Below, piece by piece: positions 1 through 10,890 of a stretch of 64,000 bases of DNA. Numbering within the stretch: the stretch's first letter is position 1; each line of letters starts with the position of its first letter. The translations under genes were made by a program, and so were the position numbers. This DNA is from Asterias rubens. Lineage: Eukaryota. The stretch spans positions 6,014,001 to 6,078,000 of the forward strand of contig NC_047072.1 in the NCBI RefSeq assembly GCF_902459465.1, in the 5' to 3' direction. The notes beneath the pieces are model-generated. The model saw only the letters and a program-made list of their open reading frames with translations, ran no database searches and was not told the DNA's origin.

Positions 1-229
1 GTAATTGCTTCAAAATAGAATAAATGCAAGTTCAAAGCACTCCAAAGAAAGTCTTCAATATTGCACTATGGTTAAATAGTAAGACTTCTAGAGGCAGTGA
101 CAGTCTTGGTGCGCGTAAGCTTTTTCTAAGAAAGTTCAAATGTAAATTAAGAGAAAGGTCATATAAGGAGATTGGTATTGACCGATAGGGTCATGTTTGC
201 TTAACATCGTATGCTATACCCTTTGTACA

Positions 230-266
230 TGACGTCACTTCAGTAGGGCGCCCCCATCTGACGTCA
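230..266. promoter_or_regulatory. Pair of perfect CRE/ATF palindromes (TGACGTCA x2) in a CpG-richer patch
   Basis: TGACGTCA at 230-237 and 259-266, flanking AGTAGGGCGCCCC. Target gene unknown. Confidence 0.3.
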
Positions 267-889
267 CACTTCAAGGCTCGTGAACTACGCCAAAGATCTG
301 CCGATGAACCTACGCCAATGCCCATCCACATGATCGCCTTTACGCATAACAACACTGCATGCAATGCACTATCCATAATACACTAGGCACACTGCATGAT
401 GCAGACGACCGAAAGTCAGCTTTCCATATCATTTTTTGATTGATCCGAATCACATTTTTGTCAGCTGCACCCACATCACTTCGGACCAATCAAAACACAG
501 ATGGACAGCTTATGTCAGTGCATGTTGATCCAATGAAATCATTGTATCCAATGAAATCACTGTAACACAGCAAATACCTGTATTGACAGGGGACCAGACT
601 AAAATGGGGATTGTTCATTGGCCAATATAATTGGCATTTTACAATTCTGTGCTTTTCCATTGTTTTATCACTGATTGTCTGCCAAGCTATAGCGGCTGAA
701 GAACGTAATAAGGTCTACTGGTAGCATAAATCGCGGTAAAAGAACAAACTTAACATTGTCGCTAATAGTTTTGAATCATTGTACTGTGTTTGATCATGAG
801 TTTCGGTAGATGGATTTTACAATGTACATTGTCTCAGATTTTCTCTACAATAACTGCTTTCTCTATAGTCGGAGTATCTAAAGCATCAG

Positions 890-1229
890 CATAAAACCTT
901 TCTTAGTGACGACTAATGGGGAGAGGTTGATGGTATAAAACACTGTGAGAAACGGCTCCCTCTGAAGTGCCATAGTTTTCGAGAAGGAAGTATTTTTCCA
1001 CGAATTTGATTTCGAGACCTCAGATTTAGAAATTCAGGTCTCGAAATCAAGCATCTAAACGCACACAGCTTCGTGTGACAAGGGTGTTTTTTTCTTTCAT
1101 TGCTATCTCGCAAGTTCGATGACCGATTGAGCTCAAATTTTCACAGGTTTGATATTTTATGCATGTGTTGAGATACACCAACTGTGAAGGCTAGTCTTTG
1201 ACAACTATCAATAGTGTCCACTGCCTTAA
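890..1229 (-). mobile_element. Non-autonomous TIR DNA element, family 1 (TTAA-AGGCAGTGGACAC...GTGTCCACTGCCT-TTAA; Kolobok/piggyBac-like target)
   Basis: Reverse-complement copy of the ~370-bp repeat seen full length at 21986-22375 and 53053-53431; one end is missing here. Partial copies also occur at ~7000-7082, 51480-51646, 54352-54480 and 60300-60435. Confidence 0.75.
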
Positions 1230-1833
1230 TCTATAACGCGAAACATGGTTGTTTTGTGAAGGGACTGGGCCTATGAATCGAAAATAACAACAAAGAAAAC
1301 TTGGTTGGCGTACCCAAGCTCTACGATTTAGTTTCACTCACTCAGTTTCTCATGAACACGTAACAGACATGAAAGGCAAATTATACTATTATTTGACTGT
1401 TTTAATCTATATAACTGATACAAAAATTACCTATGATTATTTAATTTCATAAGGTGGTACCATATTATCACACATCTACGCTATAAATGTGTCTAATCCA
1501 GCGCACGAGACTCTGTTGAATTGTTGTGAGCAAACTGGTGGAGCGCCTCGGGCTGCTTTGACAAAAAATACAACTCAGTCATAATAATTCCAAGTGTGGA
1601 TGTGTTATGCAAATTAATAAAAATGTATTGTACACGATACACTTTTACGGTTCAGGAAATACGTACGATACGGTCGGGGTCGGGAATGGAACGAGGAAGT
1701 TGGACATTGCATTGGTTTGCATGAATGTATTTTATTGCAAGCGATACCTGCGAGTGGTATAATTTCATGATAAGTCATTTCTCTTGCCACCATTTTGTTC
1801 TATTCTGAATATAGGCCTATTTTATCATAGATA

Positions 1834-4088
1834 ATGAACAACGCGATTTTAAGGGTCACAGTGCTCGCCACTGTCGTCACCATGACATCAGCGACGATCA
1901 CACCAACGAGCGACATGGTGACTGTTCGATTAGGTGAAGCGATACATTTATCATGTGTTGTGACAGATACTGATATAAAAGACATATCAGATGTGCGTTG
2001 GTACCGCGGTACAAACCTCGTTCCCTATGGCTGTATTGAAAGTGCAGGCGGGTGTCCAGCCGCGGGATCTCCGTGTCCCGAGGGGATCACTACGGATAAC
2101 CGAGGCACCGTACGATATGAAATAGGGGCCAGCAATGATCAAGTATTGACTCTGACAATTAACAGTAGTACATTGAACGATGACACCAGTTTCTCATGTG
2201 GTATTCTAAAGGTCGGAGGCACCTCCCATACATCGAGTGGAATCACCGTTACTGTGTATGTTCCTGAAGCAACCACTCCCGACGGCCAACAAACACTACC
2301 GGGAACAACCTCAACCACTGCGTCTACCACCAACTCACCAGCTACAGAGGGTGGGTCCACATCGCCAAATCAAACAAGCACCACAACCACTAGTGATACA
2401 ACATTCACGACAAGGCAAACTACAGTGGGTAGTACCATCTCGCCACATCAGTCTATTAACACTACAACAAAGGAAGATGCATCCTCAACAACAAGGCATA
2501 GGCCTACTACAGGTGAAGTCACCACTACCATCGAACCAGACCCCGGACTTTCCACCCTTATGACGACTATTGTGACAGCAATGACAACAGCGTTGACATC
2601 GGCACCTGGTGACATCGGTTCCCCTGTCAGCACCACGATAGTAATTGCAGTGGCAGTATCAGCTTGTGTCATCGCCATCGTCTTACTCATCATCATAGCT
2701 TGCCTCGTATCGAGGAAGAGTCGTCCCAGCGAGCCAACGCTGCTCAATCTTACCGAACCCACACCAGGCAGCCGAGATGTGAACATGTACAGACGGGGTC
2801 AAGAATCTCCACATCTGTACGAAGGCACGCTGGCGAGGACCACGCAACCACAGGACGTGGAAAGCTCAAGCAGCGAACTATCACCACCCATTTATGCCAC
2901 CCCAAGCACCAGACGCAAGGATCAAACGGCTTGCAATGTTTATACCCAGCAGACTACTGTCCCATTAAGGCGACCGGGGCACCGTAACCAGCATGACGAT
3001 CCAGAGGTTAATGCCGTCGAACCCGGCCAAGACAAGGTAGGGTACCCTGCTTCAGAGCCACCACAAAGCGAACCACCAGAGTATGCCATGGTCGACCCTC
3101 ATTCACGCCCATCATCGGCAGTAGAAAGCGGGTACTCTGCTTTGCGTGTGGCAGCAGTGAGACCCGATCAAGCCGAAGAAGGTGCCTGTGCGGCACGCCC
3201 TAGGGCAGAGACCCCACAACCACCCGAGTACGCTCAGCTCGAACCAGACTCGGAACCACAAACAGCAGGAATCCCGGAACCTTCTTCACCAGAGTATACT
3301 ACGCCCAAACCAGCCTCAGGAGCTGCTGAATATGGTACGGCTACATCAGTGAACCCAGATGATGTAATCCCGGAACATGTCCCACCGGAGTATGCTACGC
3401 TCGAACCAGATTCAGAGCCACAAGCGGACACTGAGACATCTGATTACGGCGACGGTGAGTATTATTTTTTTTTAATTGTGACGTAGCATTGACGTAACAG
3501 CAGGTTGCTCACCAAACCAAGTGCCATCCCATCCATACTCAGTTATACGTAAGGTCATACTTCATTATTTGGTCCCGAAAAGAAATTGTGTTATTCGAAA
3601 ACTTACTTTTTAGAAAGATGATAATGGTGGTAAGCCCTGCGAAAAATATTTCATCTGAAGTGCTCAAATAAAACAAAACAAAACAAGAATTTCGAAGATT
3701 TACTCTCCAAAGATGAAAGGTTTCACGATGACCCAACCTTGATTAAGTCTTATTGAAATACACTGTGCCAATTTCATTGAGCTGCTTAAGCACAAAAACT
3801 AACTAAGCACAACAGAATGATGCTAAGCAGAAACAGGTTACCAGCTACAAGACCATTTCACATGTGCACAATGTCACTGGTATTCTGCTTAGTTTTGTTT
3901 AGCAGGAAACTGCTCAGCATAATCTTCCGCTCAAGCAACTCTATGCAATTGATCACAGGTGATGTACCTTCATTTCGTGTTTAGCCAAACACCACAATAT
4001 AACTCCCTTTTCTTCCTTCTTAATGCCATGTTCAGAGGTAGAGCTTCTGACGGATGATTTATACGCCGAACCGTTCCCAACGATGTAA
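1834..4088 (+). CDS. Type I membrane receptor: signal peptide, V-type Ig domain, Thr/Ser mucin stalk, TM helix, Tyr-motif-rich cytoplasmic tail (~557 aa; exons 1834-3454, 4036-4088)
   Basis: Hydrophobic N-terminus. Ig hallmarks LSC...VRWY...LTINSSTLNDDTSFSC. T-rich stalk. TM IVIAVAVSACVIAIVLLIIIACLV followed by SRKSR. Phase-1 donor GACG|GTGAGT at 3455 joins acceptor ttcttaatgccatgttcag|AG at 4036, giving EVELLTDDLYAEPFPTM*. Confidence 0.85.
3764..3958. mobile_element. MITE, GGCCCAATTTCAT family (degenerate), in the receptor intron
   Basis: Imperfect TIRs tgccaatttcat...atgcaattgatca. Internal similarity to copies at 5277-5486 and 22766-22935. Confidence 0.55.
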
Positions 4089-4265
4089 CCCTATCACAGG
4101 AAAACACCTTATGGTTATTCAAAGATGACAACGAGTTTGACTCTGTTTCGCCCGTCTCTCCCAAATAACATGTTTAGTAATAATTATATCGAAAATAACC
4201 AGTTTTTATAAAGCGCTTTTCACACCCCGAGGGCGTCCCAAAGCGCTCCCAAAATTATTACCCCT

Positions 4266-4457
4266 GCGGCCGATTTCACGAAACGCTAGGATTAATCCTA
4301 TCTAGAGTTAGGACGAGTAACCCGCATCCTAACTTAGAGGACGAGTAACTCGTCCTAACTTAGGATGGGTTCAATGCGTCCTACGTCTTCAGATAGGGAA
4401 CTTAACTCGTCCTTAGTCCTATAAAGTTAGGATGAGTTTGGTGAAATCGACGGCAGG
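4266..4457. mobile_element. MITE, GGTCGATTTCAC family, nested in another interspersed repeat
   Basis: TIRs ctg-cggccgatttcac...gtgaaatcgacgg-cag with internal ctaacttaggac repeats. Sister copies at 9620-9771 and 20124-20276. The uninterrupted host repeat is at ~57000-57110. Confidence 0.7.
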
Positions 4458-5104
4458 TCACTGGGCCATTTAATTCATTCCTTAAACCATCTCAGCTCCA
4501 TGGGGAGAGGCCTGTGCAACAAAATGCACATACTTAGCTAAATCAATCACAAGAACCATCTCTGCCCTCACATGAGATTTGACATCAGTATGACCACACC
4601 CAAAAATTAATAACAAAGCACTGAGATTCAACTTAAGGTGACTTGTCAACATTGTTCAGCAATTAAGATTGATATGCACAATGGAGATCAGTCCTATAGC
4701 TCTTTGTGGTGTTTGCACCAGTGGCATAACCGTACTTTTTGCATTACATTCACATCAATCAAATAATGATGGGCTTATAATGGCTTTTCATGCATTTTAA
4801 TGAATGAGTCACATACAGTAAACCGTTTATGCTAGACTAGTGACTGAAATGCTTTTAAAAATACATGGTTAAAAAACATATTGATATATATTTAAATAAA
4901 CATTTATTTTGAAAATGTATAATAATATGCATTGTGAAAAGGCCGTGTCACACAAGGCAATTAACAGGGAGTCAGTTGTTCAAAAAGGAAATGCTTTTAC
5001 ATGACAGTTTTCTCACTGTTTTCTTGGGCTTAGTGAGATACAGCTGAGAGAATATGAGTTACAGCTGAGAGAATGTATCTTTTGCTGCCGAAATATTCCT
5101 TGTG

Positions 5105-5486
5105 CAGGGCTCGGTTTCATGAAGCCTGTAAAAGCACAAAATTTTGCTAAGCAAAGAAAAGTATTGCTTAACATAAACAGTATACCAGCAAAAATTACAT
5201 TCAGTTTACATTGTTGTGCCTGGTGCCCTACTAGCAGTATTTTCTGCTTAACAGCTTTATGAAACTGGGCCATGTGCAGGGCCCAATTTCATCGAGCTGT
5301 TAAAACAGGATTACCAACCAAATTTCCACTTGTTGCATTTTGCTTGTTATTGGTATTCAAACTGTTGTTTGCTTATCCTAAAAATCACGTGGAAATGAAT
5401 TTGGTTAGTAATTCTGTTTTCATGAAGGCAAACATTTCATGCTAAGCAAATTTTTGCGCTGAGCAGCTCTATGAAATTGGGCCCAG
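5105..5486. mobile_element. Two adjacent MITEs of the GGCCCAATTTCAT family (5105-5273, 5277-5486) with CAG target duplication
   Basis: cag-ggcccaatttcat...atgaaattgggcc-cag at 5277-5486. A related inverted-repeat unit lies immediately upstream. Confidence 0.7.
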
Positions 5487-6095
5487 ATGGTTGCCTGTAC
5501 AAAATGCAACGTGTGACTTGGCTGTAAGTTTATGCTTTGTGCTCTATCTGCATTACATTTTACTTTTAAGGTATTTGTCATTAACAGATTCACATTATTG
5601 TGCATGTTTTCACATTCAAATTTACTGCTTCAAATTGTCATAAAAGTCCAAAAATTTCAATCGAAACAGGATTTTAAATCAACAAATTTGTCTTTTACCA
5701 TTTTTTCCTCTAAACTGTGAAAAACATGCTCCAGATTTTAGAAATCGATCTAGTTTTGTTAAGCTAACAATTAAAAAGTTGATAAATTCCAGTTATTTGT
5801 TGGCAATAAAACGCACATTTTGTCATGTTTGTAGTCCAAGGGATAACAAAATCTATCCTCTCATCTTTTTGGCTGGGCTTGAGGAACAAGGGATAGAAAA
5901 ATCTATCCCTTGACCTAAATTATATCAATTCGAACCACAATATTAAACTTTTATTTTTGTCAGCTTTCCCAATATTCATTATTCAATATACATCATTGTT
6001 AATAAAGAAGGTGTGCGTATTTTTGTATATGGTAAGATGCAGCAATAATTATTAGTATGAGTACGCAATGGGAGACTTTCTGGGACGATAGAGGG

Positions 6096-6190
6096 CAGCA
6101 GACTTACCGGGTAAATCCATTGTTCTCAGAATTATGCGCATGTTCAGAACTACGTAAACAATGGAAATTTACCCGGTATGTCTGCTGCCA
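6096..6190. mobile_element. Small palindromic MITE-like element
   Basis: gcagcagacttaccgggtaaat...atttacccggtatgtctgctgc inverted repeat. Confidence 0.55.
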
Positions 6191-6713
6191 CCTAGCGTTG
6201 GAAAGTCTCCTATTTGGCAAATTTGTTTGCTATAACAAAAATGAATAAACAAAAAAAAGGTAAATCATTTTGTTGATGGTTCACCAGGTTCCAACTTTGT
6301 GCCTCAAGCAATATGTTGTGAAGAAAAATAGCATGATTTTAACATTTTAAAGACAACTTGAAAAAAAAATGCTATGTATTTAAAAAAATATGTGAAATGT
6401 GAAAAAGTGTAGTTAAATGTGAACCTGTTCATCTTGGATGTGTTTATTGTTTATAAACACACGGTACTTGTTGAAAAGTCATTCATATTTTATTTTTTAG
6501 CGGGTGGGGCGTAACGGCTCTCAGGCGACTTAACTCTTGCATGTTTCGAAATACCTCTTCTCCTGGAGACTTCTGCTCGGGATTATCAGCTCAACGGAGC
6601 CACTGTCGCGCGAGAGCATGTAAAGTTGCGTGAGAGCCGAATACAGCGACACACAGATAATGCGCGTAGTGAGTTCTCTGTGACCATACAGTGCCCAATT
6701 TTTTAAATTTTAG

Positions 6714-6988
6714 TTTAGCTGCTAAACAGAAACAAATTGCTGAACAAGTTTCTGCTTTGCAATTGTATATAATTATTAACATTGCTATCACTGGTAAATG
6801 AATAATGTAATCGCATTTACTCGGTTGGTCAAGTATTTCTAAAAACATAATAAATGATTAGCTGCTAAACAGAAACAAATTTGCTGAACAAGTTTCTGCT
6901 TTGCAATTGTATATAATTATCAACATTGCTATCACTGGTAAATGAATAATGTAATCGCATTTACTCGGGTGGTCAAGTATTTCTAAAA
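6714..6988. repeat. Local tandem duplication of a ~130-bp unit
   Basis: ttagctgctaaacagaaacaaatt...ggtcaagtatttctaaaa occurs twice (from ~6714 and ~6858), nearly identical. Confidence 0.85.
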
Positions 6989-7911
6989 TCATTTAACTGT
7001 GTGTCCCCATTACTTGTTACCAAGTGAGGTTTTATGCTGATTATTATTTTGAGTAATTACCAATAGTGTCCACTGCCTTTAAGCGCAAAAAGTAGCTAAG
7101 CACAAAACTGTCTTATCAGAATAGGGTTGCCATCCGAAATACTATTCCGCATGTAAAAGTGCTACCCTGCTTATCTTTGTCTAGCAGAAAATGTTAAGCA
7201 TTTTTTTCTGCTTTGCAACATCACAGCCCGAGTTTTTGCCAACCCAGATTGGAAAACTATGGAAAGCCGTAAGTGCAAATCAAGAAAAGATCGCTATTTT
7301 TGGTAACAATGTAACCAAATTTGATGATTTTGTTTAAAATAAAACAACTAATTATAAGAGATATTATTGAAAGTTAGCAGAAATGGTTGAATTTTGTTAA
7401 AACATCTGTTAATACGATTGAATGTTTTACTAACATTCGGCCGACCATGCCAACCATGACGGTTTGTTTATCAACAAAAGAAAGGTCTATAGAGGAGGGA
7501 GATGGTTCAAAAGAGGGCGCTATCAGAAGAAGTTTGTACACTCAACGAATCTCCGTGGGGCGGGGTGAGGGCGGGGTGTCTGGGGACAACATTTCCTGTC
7601 AGTATACTGCCACAATGGCGGTACATGGTCTTTTAAATTAAAACAAATTATAACAAATTTACAATAATTCACAAAACAAAACCGCACACAGTTTCACAAA
7701 TACCATATACAAAGACACGACGTGGAGAACGACACGCCCACTTTCGCATCGGAGCACATTCAGCATCAACCAGAGTAATGCTGAAAGGACTGAGTCAAGT
7801 CAAACACACACGTCGCCGAGCATCAGCGCTACAAAACGGCGAATCACACAAAATCGCCAACTGCAAATTACAAGATAGAAGTAGTTGCCTGGGATTTTTT
7901 TTTTTCGTAAA

Positions 7912-9070
7912 ATGGCATCCCGTGGAGGACCAAGAGCTGTAGGTTCAGACGGCAGTGACTTTACGCACAGGGAACAAGTTGCGGTACGGTATCAAACAAG
8001 GTAAGAAAGGACATCTGTGCATGCCTTAATGAATACGCATCTATTTCCGACACTTCTATCTTTTTGAATTAAAGTTCTGCTTCTGGTACAGTGACAATCT
8101 CTACATTTTATTGATAAATGAAAGAACCTCTTCTCCTTATAATTATATTCATGGCCGGGGAAAGAGAAAATACCAATCCAGTCTTTATGTTCTCTTTAAT
8201 TAAAAAAAAAATGTGTAATCAACAGATGAATTGTTTTTTTTAAGTTAAGTAGGTCCTAACCTGACCTCGTATCGTACGTGAGCAAAGAAAAGTCTAGCCC
8301 ACCTTGTTGAGATGTAATTGTAAATGGCTCATCTCATCACAGTTGCCAATGGCTATAGACCCAGTAACTGGGGCGCTGTACTCCTTTTTTCAAATTTTGA
8401 CATTTTCAGTACGACCGAAAATGTCAAAATTTGAAAAAAGGAGTACAGCGCCCCAGTTAGGGTCCAAGTTGCCACATGGCTACTGTGATGAGACCGATGT
8501 TAAAAGAGAGCCGTGTACTAACACTTGTGAAAATGTTGATACATGTAATTGTGAACGGCCCCATTTATTTCATTCTTACACTTATGTTGTCTATAATATA
8601 TATTTTATCCTTTCAGCACACTACTCAAATCCAAAGTGAGGGTATGTGCCTACGTGAACCTCCTAGTCTCTTTGCCTCAAGCTGCCTACATCGCAAACGC
8701 ACATCTCAACTACATCCTACTTCCCCCAGTCATCCAGCCAGGTTTCTACCACTACATGATCCTGTTGTCCTCTATCTTCTCTCTTCTATACATCATGGCG
8801 TTGCCTCGTAACAAGAAGCTCTTCATTCAGCTAGGCAACCTAGGAACACTTCTCATCGGCTTGGGCGGCGTGATGGTCGGCCTCCTTGTACAGTTTCCGT
8901 CAATTAAACAATTCCTTGTAGCGGGGGATTTCAAGAAGATACTGCAGCCCGATATATTTCTTGCTGTGACGTGGTACATCGTGCTGAAGATTAAGATTAT
9001 TCTGTTCATACAGACTATTTATTATGCAAGAAAGTTACAGGCAACATGGGACGCCAAGAAGACAAAATAA
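7912..9070 (+). CDS. JAGN1: Jagunal homolog 1, ER membrane protein (~180 aa; exons 7912-8000, 8617-9070)
   Basis: Exon 1 [30 protein letters not shown] closely matches the recalled human N-terminus [30 protein letters not shown]. Phase-2 GT-AG intron. Exon 2 has four hydrophobic segments, LPRN, YYARKL and a C-terminal KKTK di-lysine ER-retrieval motif. Confidence 0.9.
8357..8466. mobile_element. Palindromic MITE in the JAGN1 intron
   Basis: aactggggcgctgtactccttttttcaaattttgacattttc...gaaaatgtcaaaatttgaaaaaaggagtacagcgcccccagtt. Related element at ~54032-54172. Confidence 0.7.
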
Positions 9071-9619
9071 TTTAGGATGCGGGAATACTGTTTCTTAGAC
9101 TTTTAATTTAATTATTTCCTTAAAGCTTGTAAACAAAGCCTCTTATAAAAGCTCTTTCTTAACCTCTCTGAGTGGTTTACACACGTTTTGATACTCCTAT
9201 GCACATTCTGGCTGGCACCCCTAGTGCAGTGACTTGCTTAGTCACAAGTTTCTGCTTAAATTGGAATTATGAGTTATTTACCCACACCTGTGACGTCATG
9301 CTATTGTTAAAATCATAATGGCGCGCAGCTTGGGCTTTATCCTGTACATAAACCACAAGGGAAAATGACTGGGAAAATTTCAAATGATTTGGGGCGGAAC
9401 AAATAAAAATTTACTGGAGCGGGATTTGAACCAACAACCTTCAGATTGTGCTTCAATCCGGTGGTCGTTGGTTGAAATCCTGCTTTATTGGTTGTTTTGT
9501 TGTTTTTCAACTTTCCCTCAAATCAATTCTTGAATTTCTCAGGCTATAGGTGCAGTTGCTGTGTAAAAAATGGTTCATGCAAGATTTTGTACAGCAACCT
9601 GTGCATTATGAGCAAACCC

Positions 9620-9771
9620 AGGGGTGGATTTCACAACAGAGTTTTGACTAGTCTTGTCTCAAGTTAGGGCAGGTTACTCGCCCTAACTTAGGACTAGCAT
9701 TAAGTTTTAATATCTCCTATGACTGTTCCTAAGTTAGGACTAGTCCTAACTCTTTGTGAAATCGACCACTG
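9620..9771. mobile_element. MITE, GGTCGATTTCAC family
   Basis: cag-gggtggatttcac...gtgaaatcgacca-ctg. Confidence 0.7.
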
Positions 9772-9847
9772 GTACCATTTGCACAGTGCCATACATGTTA
9801 ACATCTCTTATATCGTTGCGGTACCCGCTGCCAAAACATAGGATTCA

Positions 9848-10083
9848 AACTGCCTGTCGAGCAACCTCGGTAGTCTAGTTGGTTGGACACTGCTCTAGAA
9901 TTGCAAGGGTGGTGGGTTCAAATCCCACCCGAGTAACATGCCTGTGATAGTTTTTCACAGGACTCGGGGGGGGGGGGGGGGGGGGGAAAGTACTGAGTAT
10001 ACAGTGCTACACACATCAGTGTATGGGTAAAACAAAAAACAAAAATTAATACTCTTTATCCCCGATGCAAATTTAACATCTCT
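9848..10083 (+). mobile_element. tRNA-derived SINE
   Basis: Pol III A-box-like tagtctagttgg and B-box ggttcaaatcc, followed by a non-tRNA body. A second copy lies in opposite orientation at 19303-19533. Confidence 0.75.
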
Positions 10084-10890
10084 TATTATGTTACATGTAA
10101 TTCAACACTGAAATGGGTGTTGGTCAGCTCTTAAAGTACACAAGCTTGCCCTCGAACCATGTGACCGTCTTTAGTCTTGGGAATTCAAATTGATTATGCA
10201 GTTACTTGTGATTAAGCAAGTCATTTCAACATGTTATTCAAATCTCAATCGCAAATGGTGTATTACTTTTATATATGCCAGTCCAAACAATATCAAAATG
10301 TTTGCAAAATGAGAATTGGGATTATTCTCAGTAGTGTGGTTTTAAAGTGTTTACAACATTCTTTAAAATGTCATTCAAGAATATTAATTTAAAAATTTTT
10401 ATCAAAAATACTTGTATTCTTGCAAAATAAGCTATAAATTAATGAATAAAACTCCTTTAACCTTTTATGGTACAACTCAAAGTTATCTTGTGTCATTTAT
10501 GGATCAATGTTTTTTTTTTTTTATACAATGTATAATCAAATCATTTTTTAAGCGTAATATGTTTAAGTTTTTTTTTCTAATTCATTAGAATAATGTACAA
10601 CCATCTATGGTTTTTTTTCTAAACGGCCTAAAGGAATGATTTTTCTCACCGCAATAGCCACCGAAACTATTTTAAAAAGTATAATAATTATGGACATGTT
10701 TAATCTCCTAAAATTACTTCGACTTACTTTGGTAAGCGCCCTCTAGCATTTATAACAGTCGATACTGACCGCCCTCTATAGTTTGTCTAATGCGGACACG
10801 CGCCATTTTTGATGTGTACATTCTATCGAAAACATTGGAAATGAACCATTTGTCTCGCTTCGCTTCCTATTTTACTGAGAGTTTATTTTA

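Noticed and set aside
3455-3486. C-terminus GEYYFFLIVT* of the 550-aa ORF
   Set aside because: This is intron read-through past a consensus GTGAGT donor; a better terminal exon lies at 4036-4088.
9861-9935. Genuine tRNA gene
   Set aside because: A and B boxes are present, but I could not fold a convincing cloverleaf, and it continues into a shared non-tRNA body present in a second copy, so it is a SINE head.
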